This document shows, in pieces, positions 10,644 to 23,283 of a DNA stretch of 64,000 nucleotides (positions within the stretch are counted from its first letter, which is position 1; every line of letters starts with the position of its first letter). The notes under the pieces were generated by a model that searched no databases, was not told the origin of the DNA, and saw only the letters and a list, made by a program, of their open reading frames with translations. This DNA is from Diplonema japonicum (Eukaryota > Protista > Euglenozoa: Diplonemea), in contig OZ025677.1 in assembly GCA_964019335.1 (NCBI GenBank), positions 186,001 through 250,000 of the forward strand. Reading direction: 5' to 3'. The position numbers and the translations under genes are program-made.

Positions 10644-11234
10644 TTACCCCATCCGCTTCATTTCACCGTTTTGTATCGCCTCAAGCAGTTCAGGCTTCAC
10701 TTTAAAAAACCCTGGATACTCCATCAGCAAAGGACACACCGTAGTTTTGATGGGAACCGGTATGACAAGAGGCTTCTGAGAGGCCTTAGCGGTGGTGTGG
10801 ATGTCTTTCGGAGTTTTGAAATCCGGTCTTCTAGAAAGCTGGGCCCATGGGGCAAGGGGTGTGGGAGTGGGCAGGACCTCTACCAGTGAAGGCTTAAGGG
10901 AGTAGGTATTAAGAGATGTTCTTAAGTCCGTGCACATTTCTTCGCCAGATATTCTGAGTAGGATATCGTGCTGTTTAGAATCCTCTCGAAGTTTGAATAA
11001 AACTTGAGTGATCCCCGCATCAGGTGCCATGACCACCTTCGTTATTTCGCCGAACGGGACGAACCTCTTCACATCACCTTTAGTTGTACACACGAACACG
11101 CATAGAGTGGTCACCAGCAGAACCCTCTTTTGAGTACTGAGTTTATGGTTGACCTTGTCACACACCTTGATATATCTCAGTGTGTTGGTGTTGAACATTT
11201 CGAGCTCCGGGGGGACATCTAGTAGTTTATTCAT
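10644..11234 (-). CDS. Short paralog of the TH1/PH-like protein at 3379-4437
   Basis: PPELEMFNTNTLRYIKVCDKVNHKLSTQKRVLLVTTLCVFVC aligns with PRELSKFRNPTLRYIRVCDKVDHAKKTQRRVLSITVACVFVC. Intact 196-aa ORF with ATG. Confidence 0.8.
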   Translation of the reverse strand: MNKLLDVPPELEMFNTNTLRYIKVCDKVNHKLSTQKRVLLVTTLCVFVCTTKGDVKRFVPFGEITKVVMAPDAGITQVLFKLREDSKQHDILLRISGEEMCTDLRTSLNTYSLKPSLVEVLPTPTPLAPWAQLSRRPDFKTPKDIHTTAKASQKPLVIPVPIKTTVCPLLMEYPGFFKVKPELLEAIQNGEMKRMG

Positions 11235-11301
11235 TTTTTTTTTTTTTTTTTTTTTTTTTGCCTTTTTCCTCCGTTGTGTGTCAACTGAAAATTAATTTAA
11301 A

Positions 11302-12070
11302 AATAACTATTTATTTAGTGAAAATAAGATCGTATGATTTTCACGCGTGGTGGCAGTGGTTTAACGAGTGGGTATATGACTTCACGAGCGAAGCGAGTGC
11401 AGTCATGAATGTCTACTTCACGAGCGAAGCGAGTGAAGTAACATCAACGAGTTAAACATGCCACCACAAGTGAAAATCGGATCTATTTTCACTAAATCCG
11501 TTGTTTTATTTAACGTCAGTCAGATTTGAAAGGGTGGGGCATTACAGGTTACAAGTTACAAGTTACAAATTTTATTGGGGGTGCTTATGGTTGATATTGT
11601 TTGTCAAGGCATATCCTGTGTGGTACGGGCTGTGCGTCCATGGGTGCTGACAGGACCTCGGTCTGGACCTGTGGGGCTGCTGCCTGAGTTGCTGAGGTTG
11701 CCCCACTAGCAGCTGTCACCGCGGCTTGCCAAGCCCTCTCTCCCCTTCTGTTGAGAGAGGCGACCAGATCCTTGAGTGACGTAAAAAGTGAGATTCCCAG
11801 ATTCGAACCGGGGTTTCCAAAACAAGAGGCCTGTGTGGTAACCACTTAGGTGATTTCTTTTCCGTGTTTGCGCCCCCAACCCCTTGCTGTGCAGTGAAAA
11901 TAGGGCAAGCGTGAATATAAAGTACTTTATATTCACTCATAAATTTTCATTTCTGCCCCTGTTTTCTTTCTAAAACAAGCCTGAAATCTGCAATGAAAAT
12001 AAAGTGAAGCGTGAAATAATGTGAAATATTATATTCACTCCCACCCTTGAAAATCTGACTGGAGTTATAT
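11302..12070 (-). mobile_element. Non-autonomous YR/Crypton-like hairpin element (E2) with branched hairpin
   Basis: Starts AATAACTATTTA. Hairpin 11313-11497 has two CACGAGCGAAGCGAGTG arms. 28-bp IRs at 11511-11538 and 12040-12067. Confidence 0.85.
11788..11857 (-). other. tRNA-derived (SINE-head-like) segment inside E2
   Basis: Minus strand has A-box-like CACCTAAGTGGTTA and T-arm CCCGG-TTCGAAT-CTGGG (B box). No convincing acceptor or anticodon stems. Confidence 0.55.
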
Positions 12071-12080
12071 ATAAAAAAAA

Positions 12081-14580
12081 GGTGTCTTTGAAGGGAACCT
12101 GCAGTATGTGACAGGATCGCCTAACGACAATCAACTCATCTAGTGTTTGATCCCTTCTGTCGTGGTAGTGCCTTAGGCCCGTCGTAGTATCTCATCAGCA
12201 GCTTGGGCGTGAAACCGACTAGCGAGTTGTTGAGGATGCAATGCGTTCGCAGTTGCTCCTCTAGGATCGGGTGGGTTGCCTTCGGGGACGCGAAGACCGG
12301 ACGAGTGGAGTATCCAATGATGGAATGGCTGTGGAGCCCCAGGGTACGCAGTGAGTGTACTGACTTCTTAGTTTCTGCTGGAATCAGGTGATTCCCCGTT
12401 CCTGTTCTGTGTGCCCTGTCCAGGACGTTGAGGATTCTTCCGATTTTCCTAGCCCAGCATGCCAGGTCTTCACCACCCATGTGGATTCTCTCCGTTGCTA
12501 TGAAGTCGACAGCAAGCTCCGCCTTGGACACTTGCCCTCCATCCTTGCCCCATTTCAGGGCACTCAGCCATTTGAGGACAAACGGGATCAGCCCCGGGAA
12601 GTACTTCTTCCCCAGCCCGTGCTTGTGATACCAAATGAGGGGTTTCGGTTCTAATAGGTTTCCCGGTTGGAATGGTCTTTTCCAGAAGTGCAGATTGTCG
12701 TATCTGACCTGCTTCTCGGTGTGCAGGCTCTCGAGTTTCCCCGCAATTTCCGCAAACATCAGGTGTAGTTCCTTGACACTTGTCAGGCTTATGTCCATAT
12801 CAGAGGTAATAATGCCGTGTAGTCGGGCGCAGCTTGGCCAGCTGACGTGGTCTTGCACCAGCCGAATGCGGTCAGTGTTGGTCGTTCTGCAGTCGGCGTG
12901 CGCTGGGCATTGCCAGATCGTATGTTGTAGTAGGGAGCTGGTCCCGTTCCCAATGTTATATGGTGTGCCACACCCCAGGCATTTCGTATGTGAGCCGTTC
13001 ATGTCGCCGTAAGCTCTGGGGTGTAGGGGAAGCATCGCGCCCGCAATGGCACAAAGTATCCTCCTTGCTTTCTGTGGGTTGGTGGTCGTCACCTCGTTGT
13101 GGAGGAAGTTCGTTTTCTCCTCGTCAATGCCTGTTTCGACCCCCTGGTAGGTGTCTCGCTCTTCGGCCAGATCCTCACGTAGTTTGGCTTTCAGCAGCGT
13201 CCTGATCTCGTGTTTCAGGAGCTGTTTGCCTTGCGGTAGTATCTTCGTCTGGAAGTCCTTCCACCTTGACCCTATTTCTCGGAGCCATAGGTCTGCATTG
13301 GCAAATGGTCCCATCGGAAATGATGGAGAGCCTTGATCCCTTGCTCTCCTGTACGCTTCCCAGCATGATATGAAAAGGGACTTGTTCGAATGTCGTGTGC
13401 AAAGTCGTCCCAGAGTAGAGATGGCCTTGTAGATCGCAGTAGAGTACGGGTCCAGGGTGTGTCCCTTATGGGCAATTCCCAGCAGGGCGCTGGAGGAGCG
13501 CATTGGGTTGCGGGCACCCCAGACGCAAAGAGTGATCCGCTTCTTCAATTTCTCCAGCCAAGAGTCCGGGATCGGGTCGAACAGGATGCCGTAGAAGGCG
13601 GATGGCAGGATGTTCTCTGCGATGATCCGTACCTTGCGATCGTGGTATAGCCTAGTTGAGGCGAGGCGTTCTATTTCGGCCAGGGCTTTGTGGACCCTCG
13701 AGTTATCCCTCCTGCTCGGCTGGAAGTAGATTTGTACCCCTAAGATTTGCAGACTACTGGTCGTGGCAAAGGTCTCTCCGTTCAACTTCACATTCCCCCG
13801 GTATTTGGGTTTCGTTCCAAATGACCTGGTCTTCTTCGGGTGTACGGTCATCCCCGTGAGCTTGCAAAGGCTGCCTAGTAGATTTACGGAACGCTGAACC
13901 GCGGCCTCCGAGGTAATTGACGTGAAGTTAAGGTCGTCTGCATATGACACTGGGTGTGCGTTTCTTGGATTTGCCGTACATTTCTTGGTGAAGATGGCAA
14001 GGATTGCGTTGATGAAAACGGGCGAGATCGGGCATCCCTGGAGTATTCCATTCGTGGTTCGGAATGGAGCACCTACTCCCACGGGGAAACGTAGGCGGCG
14101 GATTAGGTCAGAGTAGATGGCCTTGATCGGTCTCAGGATGAGCTGGCTTAGGCCTAACCGATCGACCAGTTCGAACGTGAGTGCGTGGGGGACAGAGTCA
14201 AAGCATTTCTTGAAGTCGACCGAGAGACCCCAAAGGTGGTTGCCAGATACTTTTGCCAACTCCACACTGGTGCAGACCTTCGCGAGGAGGTCATCTGTGC
14301 TGTGTTCCGGTCTGAAGCCGAATTGGAGCGGAGTAATCCACTCCTCTTGCCATTCGAGGATGGCTGGTAGTCGTGCGCCAGCCCAGAGCCGATAGAATGC
14401 GCTCGATACAGTAATAGGTCTGTGATCTAGCGGCTTTTCGGATTCTCCTTTCGGGATCATCGTAACAAGCGCGGTCAGGACTGCCTTTGGCCATCGTCCC
14501 TCATCCTCAATCCAGTTGTATAGGAAGATGAATCCCTCTAGCAGGGCATCTGGTAAGTGGGCGAGTTCGCAGAGCCTCCA
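12081..14580 (-). mobile_element. 5'-truncated non-LTR retrotransposon (LINE) with intact RT ORF 12136-~14580
   Basis: RT motifs RPITVSS, QFGFRP, DFKKCFDSV, GILQGCPISP and YADD. C-terminal C-x2-C...H-x4-C (KCLGC...HTIWQC). Bounded by homopolymers at both ends. Confidence 0.93.
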
Positions 14581-15077
14581 AAAAAAAAAAAAAAAAAAAA
14601 AAAAGGAAATCGTTAAAAACAAGATTACGGGGGAAGTGGGGGGGATGAGTTTGGGGGAGGGAACGGGTCACACTTTTTTTTTTTTTTTTTTTTTTTTGAG
14701 AAACCTGCTAATTTTTTAGCCCTAAGTTTGGGGTTTATACATAGAAGGGGGGGGGGAGGGGGGGGGAATGCTTAGTCCAAGGTCTATAGAAGAAAGTTTT
14801 TTTTTTTTTTCCCCTTTTTTTTTTATCTGACCCCTATATGTTCAAAAACAATTCTTTTAAAATGTCACCGTTACTGATGGTGTTTTTTTTTGTTGGACAT
14901 GCGAAGCCATAATTTCGGTGTATTTTGTAAAAACAAGGGGGGTGGGCTTTGATCATTTCGAAAACCTGGGGCCAAGTTAGCACTCCACCTTTTTTCTTTT
15001 GTTGTATTTCTTGTTACAAATATTTTTCTTTTCAAAAAAAAATGATTTTATAAGTATGAACAACTTGTGCCGGGCAA

Positions 15078-15123
<46 letters not shown>

Positions 15124-15292
15124 TTCACAGCTTTTTAAAATTTTTAAATCTTTTTTTTTTTTAACTCGTGCGAACAACAAAAGACAAATCGTCATAACGG
15201 TACTTTTTTTTTTCATTTTTTTTTTCCCCTTTTTTTTTTCGTCCGGGTGTTATAAAAAATGATTCACCAGAAGCCCGAGCGGTTCACCAGAT

Positions 15293-15328
<36 letters not shown>

Positions 15329-15433
15329 CGAAGGGGAAAGAGCAACAGTAAACATTCTTGAACAGAAAGTAGTTAGTAAAAAGAAAATGAGGGCTGAAAA
15401 CCTCCTGCTGGGAACGGCTCGGCGATGAAATCA

Positions 15434-15465
<32 letters not shown>

Positions 15466-16060
15466 GCTGACAAATGGCGGTTAACCCCACTTCACGCCAA
15501 GAGCCCACCCACGTTCAGCATTAAAAATCTCTTCAAGAAATTCAGCTGCCAGGGAAGGGTGGGAAGAAGAGCGGCTGTGGGACGACCGCAGCATCTACGC
15601 GTAGGTGGCCCAACAGACCCCTTGTGTATCCCACCAAAAAAAACATTATGTTTTCCTCCTAGGGCCTGACTGAACGTGAGAAAGACACGCATGCTTGTCC
15701 TGCTCGTCATTCTTTTTTTTTTTTTTTTTTCTTTTTTTTTCTTTCGCAGTAGTGGTTTTGAAAAAGAAAATAGTTCTAGCATGGCGGAGCACGAAAAGGA
15801 ACAAAGAGAAGGGAAAAAAAAAGATTTTATAGGCAAGTTTATTATTGTTTCTTTCAGTTACAAAAAAAAAAAAATTGTTTCCTTATAAAATGTAATTACA
15901 CGCACCCTTCCCCCCCCCCCCCCCCCCCTATTGTGTTTCGTTCTTTGATATCTGCAAGAAACAAGTATTTCTGTTCTGAAAAAAAAAAAAAAATAAATAA
16001 ATAATGGGGCTTTGATTGCAACACTAAGTGGCGTTAAGTGTGCAACGAAGCACGAACTGT

Positions 16061-16160
16061 CTACTTGATTACAGGGGGCGCACCTCCGGGCTGTAGCTTC
16101 TTCTGCGTTCCGCGTTATGTCCTTAATGCGTGCGGTGTAAAATTCAACTGAGCATCTGCT
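16061..16160 (+). repeat. Dispersed SINE-like repeat (ACTTGATTACAGGGGG...TGTAGCTTCTTCTG)
   Basis: Further copies at about 22833-22889, 55120-55240, 55715-55795 and 56878-56933. Confidence 0.75.
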
Positions 16161-16166
16161 TTTACC

Positions 16167-16242
<76 letters not shown>

Positions 16243-16834
16243 GCAATATAAAAATAAAAAGTGGGGCGGTATCTGTTCTTCCCTCCAATTTCTTCCTTCC
16301 CCCAGCAGGAAGAAAAAAAAGGGGGGAATCCTCCGAAGTATTTTTTTTTTTTTTTTTTTTTTTTTTCACCTCAAAAAGAATGCTGAGACAGAAAGAAGAA
16401 GAGAAAAAAAAAATTCACTATGATAGGAACGAAGTGGTTAGCAACGGCCCGCCAAAAAAAAGAAAAGGTATTTCTGTAGGAACTACTTCGCATGAAACAA
16501 GGGATTGTTTTCTTTCTTTTTTTTTTTTTTTGCCAATAAAATTGGTTCGATATATTTATGGCGACATATTCCTAGATATGGTGATTTTTCTTTTAAGCAT
16601 CCTCTTTGCAATCGCAGCAAAAAGAGGAAAGGGGAGAGGGGGATAGGGGGGGGGGGGGGAAGTCTGAAAGAAAAAAATAAAATGGGAGGGACTCTGAAGG
16701 GGCTGACAAAGGAGTTGAAATAGTGCTAGCTGTGAGTTTGAAAAAAAAAAAAAAAAAAAATAGTAAGATCCATGAACTTTCGTGAGCTCATAACGTAGTT
16801 TGGGTGTGTGCACTGCAAAAGATTTTTTTTTTGT

Positions 16835-16873
<39 letters not shown>

Positions 16874-18651
16874 GAGGGGGAGTGTTTAGCTACAAACCTC
16901 TTTTTTTTCCCTTCTTTCTTTCGTTCAAATTCTTTCTTTTTTTCGGTTTTTTTTTTTGTTTTTTTTGTTTCCCTTCTTTTTTTCTTTTTCGTATTTGACA
17001 AATATAGCCAATGCTGACACCCCGTGAGGAAAAATGTGGTAAAACCAGGCTCTCCGGTAAGGTGGGGATAGACCGGCGAATTTCTTAGGCCCACGGGGGG
17101 GCAGGGGTTACCCCTTTTGTGAGGAATTTTTCTCTTTTTATTAATCACGGGGCGAGCGGTTTTAGTATCAGTTGAAAGCCACGATGTGCTTCTTCCATCA
17201 AACATAGTTCCGGACAACAACCTGGTTAGCGAGACACAGGTACCCGGGATGGCAAGGGGACGAGGACGCCCTGCGAACTCTCAGCGCCTTAGGGGGTCGA
17301 TTATGGGTTTCACAACACAACGGCCCACCCATGAACCTCTCTCTCAACGCGAAGGGAGTCCTGAGGTCACTGTGGAGCTGCCTTCTACACGCAGTTTGCA
17401 GCAAGCTGCGCCTCGTGTTCACAAGGCTCAGGACATCAATTAAACCTGAGACCTGAACCGTCTATTGGTGAGCACGGAGGGGGCCGACAAGCAGGCATGT
17501 GAACCTTACTGAGGCTGGGTTTCTGGAGGAGTGGCACAAACGTTCAGGGAGTGATCACAGTGTGGCCGGGGAGCCCAATTAACGTTCACCCCTATTATTA
17601 TTTTGAAAAAAAGGGTCAAAAAATCGGCCAAAAAGTATCGCAGGTCTATCGAAAAAAACCCATTTTGAACCGGGGGCCCTGGTAAAACCTGTCTTTTTTT
17701 TTTTTTTTTTTGGTCTTTCGGCACAAAAAAAGTAAACAAGTTTTATAAAGAGCAAAGGGGGGGGGGGGGGGGGGGAAGAGGAAAAAAGAGTCGGTTGATT
17801 GTTGTTTGTGCACAGCCGGGGTTAACCTGTAGAAGGATAAGCCCAACAATGCTACCACTACTCTTTTTAGCACGAACAATTCATTGTCAATATATTGTTT
17901 TTCTTGTTCATGCAAAAAGAAAATAGAAGAAAAAAACTTTTTAATCTTTCTTTTGACTTCGACTTGTTAACATTTTTTTTTTTCTTTTCTTTTGCTGTTC
18001 CCGTGAGAGCAACAACGCAGGAAAGGGGGGGGATTTTTTTTTCTCTTTCCACCTGCTGATGTTTCTTACTTCGGTACAAAGTGTCAAATCTTTGATCTTT
18101 TTTTTTTTTTTTCTTTTTTCTTTTTTGGAAAATCTGTAGAAGGTTTTAACCAGTAAAAAACTCTTTTGTCAATGTTCTTTGTGCTGAAAAAGTGGGGGAG
18201 GAAATAATACTACAAAAAAAAAGAAGAAGAAGAAGGCCTCCTGAACGGACTTTTTTTTCTCCATTAGAGATAAACGAGGCCGGTGTTGCTACACATTGGC
18301 AGGAGAAACAACCCCCCCCCCCCCCCCCCACGAGAACAGAGCGGCGCTGTAGGTCCTGGGGCCCTGGGTAGCGGGACGCCACGATGGTTCTCAGTGCACA
18401 CCATGAAACAATTTACCAGTGAGGGTTGACTCCTCTGCAGTTGTACCTGGAAGCAATCTGGGTGAAGAGAAGCAGGCGGTCTTGTAAAGGACCCCAAGAC
18501 ATCTACAGCAGTCTACAGCAAAGTTCATCAAAAAAAAATACAAATAAGACCACTCAAGTATTTATCGCTTTGCCCCTCCCCCCCCCCCCCCCCCAATGAA
18601 GAGGAGGGTCGTAATAAAAATCTTTATCCAAAAAAAAAATTTTAATGGGGA

Positions 18652-18682
<31 letters not shown>

Positions 18683-19284
18683 ATTTTTTTATATACCTAA
18701 CAAGGCTTGTTAAACATGAAAGAAAAGAGGGGTTTTTCACTATTACTGTTATTATTATTATTATTTTTTTTCTTTGATTAGAAACACATAAACCTGGGCG
18801 GGGTTTTTTTTTCCTTTTTTTTTTCTTTTTTTTTTTTTTTTTTTTTTTCTCTTCTTCAAATAAAGAAGTGGACAATACCTTAGAACCTCTAATCTCAAAT
18901 GCACCCAGAACCCTGCCGAGCCACCATGCTCTTTTGGCGTGTCATCGGCAGAGGCTATTGCACAGAGGTACCTCCATAAGCATGCCAGGTTTTAACTTTA
19001 AAGAAGAAGAAAAAAGAAAAAATCGGTTTGATAGTTGTTTCTGCACAGCTAGCCCACAGGGGGAGAAAAGAACAAAAGAAAAAAAAATGTGGCCTTTCAC
19101 CACTATTTATCGAGTGAAAATACCACGCCAGCTGCTCAAGGAAGTCTGATTTGAAAAAGAAAGCACCATAACATAACGAAAATATCGTACTCGAAAGGGG
19201 TGGGGGGGGGGGGGGGGGGGGGCTACAGGGAATCGCAAAACGGGTCCCCTTTTTTTGTGACTTAAAAAAAAAAAGAAGAGGGGC

Positions 19285-19315
<31 letters not shown>

Positions 19316-19624
19316 TTTTAAAGTTCAAGCAGATTTTATATATTATGCAATCGGCAAAATAGTGAGAACAGAGTCATCTTCAACGGCAGAATAAAAAGGG
19401 GAGGGGAGACTACCAGAAGAAGGGAAGAAGGGGGGGGGGGGGGGGGGGGGGGGGTTAAGGGCAGACCACCTTAAAAAAAAAGAAGGAACCCCGTTAACAA
19501 AGACTACTTCAGTAATTAAAACAAAGGGGGGGCTGGGGAGATCCACGCAAAAAAGGGGGGGTCTCGGAAATTAGACTCCCTCCCTCTCATTGATCTGCAA
19601 ATCTAAATCCTTTGCATCAGGTGT

Positions 19625-19755
19625 CTGTCATCACCTTCACACACTATGTGTTGCCGTTGCTCCTCTAGGATAGGCGGGTGGCTGGTATGCAGAGAGTTGT
19701 ACTGACTTCTTAGTTCCTGCCGGATCAGGTAGGTGATCCCTTCACTGTACCTTTT
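19625..19755 (-). mobile_element. Degenerate internal fragment of the same LINE family
   Basis: Matches 12255-12400 (HPILEEQ; PAETKKSV; shared TACTGACTTCTTAGTT). Confidence 0.6.
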
Positions 19756-19763
19756 GATGCACT

Positions 19764-21336
19764 CTGTAAAACAAAAATCCACCGGAAGATAAAATATCCG
19801 GACCGCCGAAACATCCGGTGATTTTTTCTTCCGGACATTTTTTCTTCCGGACATTTTTTTTGGGCACTTTTCTAAGGGGGGTACCTAGCCTGTCCTACGA
19901 CTGTACCTCTGTCTGGAAAACTTATATTTCTGTTGCAAGAGTCTTAAGAACGGCAAAAATAAGATTCAAATCCGACGAAAGCTGCATGCTCTAAAAAGGG
20001 GAAGGATATATCTCGCGACTCCTCCAGATGCTGACCTCTTCAGGTGACTGAAATGATATTGCAAGTGGGAATATCTTCAGGTGAGAGGCGCCCTTCAATG
20101 GCTGCGTCCCAGCAGGTTGGAGAGTACTTTTCCCGACCAATAAAACTAAAAAAGGGGCGAGGAAAGGGCTACCTGTCCGCACGTCTGGCCGTCTTGTTTG
20201 CTGCTTAACTTACAATCATTTCAGCTGCCTTCGCAGTCTTGGCAGTGCGCCTGGCCTCGGCCTCAGCAAGTCTTGGGCTGGCACAAATAGGTGAAGTCTG
20301 GGGGACAAACGCTAAGTGAACGTTTGTTTCTGAAAACAAGTTCACAAAAGCCTGCGTAGTGTGGACATTGTAGTCATCAAGGATGAGTAGGATGGGCTCG
20401 GTGGGTGCTCAGCCGGAGAAACAAATATTTTACCCAGAGCCGAAGCGTTTCCTGGGTGGCCCAGTGTGATTTCGAAGCTGTTAAACTCCAGCCTTTTGGT
20501 GTGCAACACGAGGGACGGACCCGGGGTATTTCCTGCCGCGAGCTGGTTCTGTTTTTCCCGTGTAAATTAACTGCGGGTGCAGTTTGCCACCAGACAGGGA
20601 AACGCAAAACTGTCCGGTGACGGCACGCTTGTCCCAAATCCCTAACCGTGACAACCTTGGGACCCCTTTTCGTCTTCTTCCCAGTGGCAGCAGCTGGTCC
20701 ATGTTCCAGTTCAACCGGCCTGATCCCTGTGAACCTCCTCGCTGCTTGGGTGTCTTTGGGGCTGCTAGACTCCCCTATTGTTGGGCGGCGGCTTGTGATG
20801 CCATGCTTGGAGCACAGCTGGTTGGCCCTCTGCATACAGGCAGATGCCCGACGCTGCTACCGGCACCCCCTTCCGTTCTGCACCTGGATCCAAACAAAGA
20901 GCTTTGTTGTTTCTTCCTTGTTCAGAGGCTTGCGACCCGCAGTAACGGGTGCGGCAGGGGGATCGACCTTGGAGCTACCAAAGCGGTGCTTCCAGTCTGA
21001 TATACTGGACATTGGCTCCATGACGCAAACCCGCAAAGCATAAGAACAACCCTAAAGCAAGCACAGTGGTTCGGTTCAACAAGCTTGTGGTAGAAGCGAA
21101 CAATCAGGATCTGGAAAAGCACGTAATTCAATTCTCTGATTTTCGTTTGATTTTCTCTTGCTACAGACACTAGTTTCATCTGTTTTCGGGTCCAGCCCTT
21201 TAAAAAAAAAGGGGGGGTCCCAGGAAAAAAATGTCCGGAAGAAAAAATATCCGGACCGCCAGAGCTTCCGGACATTTTATCTTCCGGACAATTTTTCTTC
21301 CGGACATTTTATCTTCCGGTGATTTTTGTTTTACAG
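19764..21336 (-). mobile_element. pogo/Tigger-like (Tc1-mariner superfamily) DNA transposon, decayed
   Basis: TIR CTGTAAAACAAAAATC(C)ACCGGAAGATAAAAT at both ends with TCCGGA subterminal repeats, and TA on the right. Frameshifted DDE_1 remnants NWNMDQ...DKRAVT...GGKLHPQLIYTGKT...GWSLTASKSHWATQET. Confidence 0.85.
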
Positions 21337-22615
21337 TATTTCTTTTTTTTAGGGATGGGGGCATGGCGGTAGGGACACGTGCCCCCCACATCGACGGCTT
21401 GCAGTGGCCGGGAACATGGGGAGGGATGCACGGGGAAAAGAAGGGGAGCAAAAGAGAAAAAAAAATGCTGCTTAAGTAAGAAGTCAATCGACGACCGGGC
21501 TCTGTACTCTTCTGGGGGGGGGGGGGGGGGGGATTCACAGGGTACTGCTAATCACTAAATAGCTCCGTATTTTAAATTGCAATGGATTTAAATTACATAT
21601 AGCTAGAGAAAAAGCTTTTTTTCGTTCTGGGAAGGGGGGGGGGGGGGGGGGGGTAACAAGTTACCGTAAATCTCTTAATTTCGACATAGATGGAATATCC
21701 CTTTTTACTCAAAAGAAACCCGTATTTTTTTTTTCTCTTCTTTTCTTGTAATTCATACACTGAAAAGAATTTTTTTTTTTTTCTAGAAGGGAGAGAGAGG
21801 TATTCTATTCCAATTTCAATTTCAATTCAAATTCATGAGGTCTCTTAGAAGACAGTATGGTTCTCAGAATATTTTTATTTTTATTTTATTTTCTTTCTCT
21901 CGTACTGCGCCTCAAATCTCTACAGACTGTAAACCTCAGTCGGAGAGGGTTAAAAGGTCTACTAATTCCCAAGGAAATTTCTAATAGAGGATCCGCAAAG
22001 TGCTATACAGGTGTCACTTACAAGTTCTAAGCATTTTCAAAGCCAGTGCATGGTACACAGTACAGAGGAAGCAAAAATAATAACCCATTTATAGGCATGT
22101 ATAAAAAAAGGGGGGGATGCAGGAGGAGGTATCACCCCCCCCCCCCCCATTCTTCAATAATGATAAAAAAAAGAGAGCAGGTTGGTTAGCCTCTTTTATC
22201 TCTGTTCTTCCCATAAAGGACATCTTTTTTTTTTTCTCTAGTAGCCCCGTGCCCTTTGTGATGCGGCACTAGTTGTTGCAGCAAACCTAAGAAAACGGAT
22301 AAACTTGATGTTCTGTCTAACTCATCCGTCCTTTATGGGTGGTGATTAAATAAAAAAAAAGGAGAAAAAAAAGAAAAAAAAAGCGGTGCGTGGGAAATGT
22401 ATCGTTGGTACTTTGCTTTTGTTTTGTTTTGTTAAAAAAGAAATTGAATTATGGTTAAGAGAGAGAAAAAAGAAACGGGGGGGGGGGGGGGGTCAAACTG
22501 TGAGGTTAAGCGCTGGGTTCCTCCTTTCTCAGTTGCTCATTATAGCATTTGTTGGCTCCTCCCAAAAAGAAAAGAAAACCCAATCGGCCTAAATTATGAA
22601 ACTTGCTGGTGGTGT

Positions 22616-22650
<35 letters not shown>

Positions 22651-23224
22651 CTCGTTTTCATCTTCTTCTTCCAATGATAGACAAGGGGCTGTGGTGAGCA
22701 AGTTTTTGGAGTAAAAAGAAGAAAAAGGAAAAAAAAAGGGGGGGGGAGAAGAGCTCTGTGACAATATGAAGAAAAAAAAAAAACTCGATGATTTAAAGGA
22801 AGCCGGTGGGGGCACCCTGCACAAGCACCATTTACTTGATTACAGGGGCGCACCTCGGCCTAGCTGTAGCTTCTTCTGCATTCCGCGTCGAAAAAAAAAA
22901 TGAACAGAAACACTTGTAGTTTAAGCTATTCGAAGAAAAAGGAAACAAAAAAAAAAAAAGAGACATTTATAGAAAAAGAAAATGTTGAAGCAGCATTCAC
23001 TCCTTGTTTACAATATAAAATATAAAATAATGTCTTCATTAGGATGATAAAAAAAAAAGAAAAAAAAAGAAGAAAAAAACATTCGTGGCCGTTACTCACA
23101 AACAAAGAATAACTCTCCTATTATTATTATTATTACTATTATTATTATTTTTTTAAGGCCAACAACAAGAAAAGAGGGGGGAAAGTGAGTATAGATGATG
23201 AAGAGAGCAACGGGGGGAGGAAGA

Positions 23225-23283
<59 letters not shown>

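Noticed and set aside
11788-11857. Functional tRNA genes (also 26933-26995 and 43208-43280)
   Set aside because: Only A/B boxes and at best a T-arm are present; acceptor and anticodon stems cannot be formed.
17038-17693. Possible MITE with imperfect TIRs (GGTAAAACCAGG...ATAGACC / GGTCTAT...CCTGGTAAAACC)
   Set aside because: The TIR match is gapped and weak, with no TSD and no convincing second copy.
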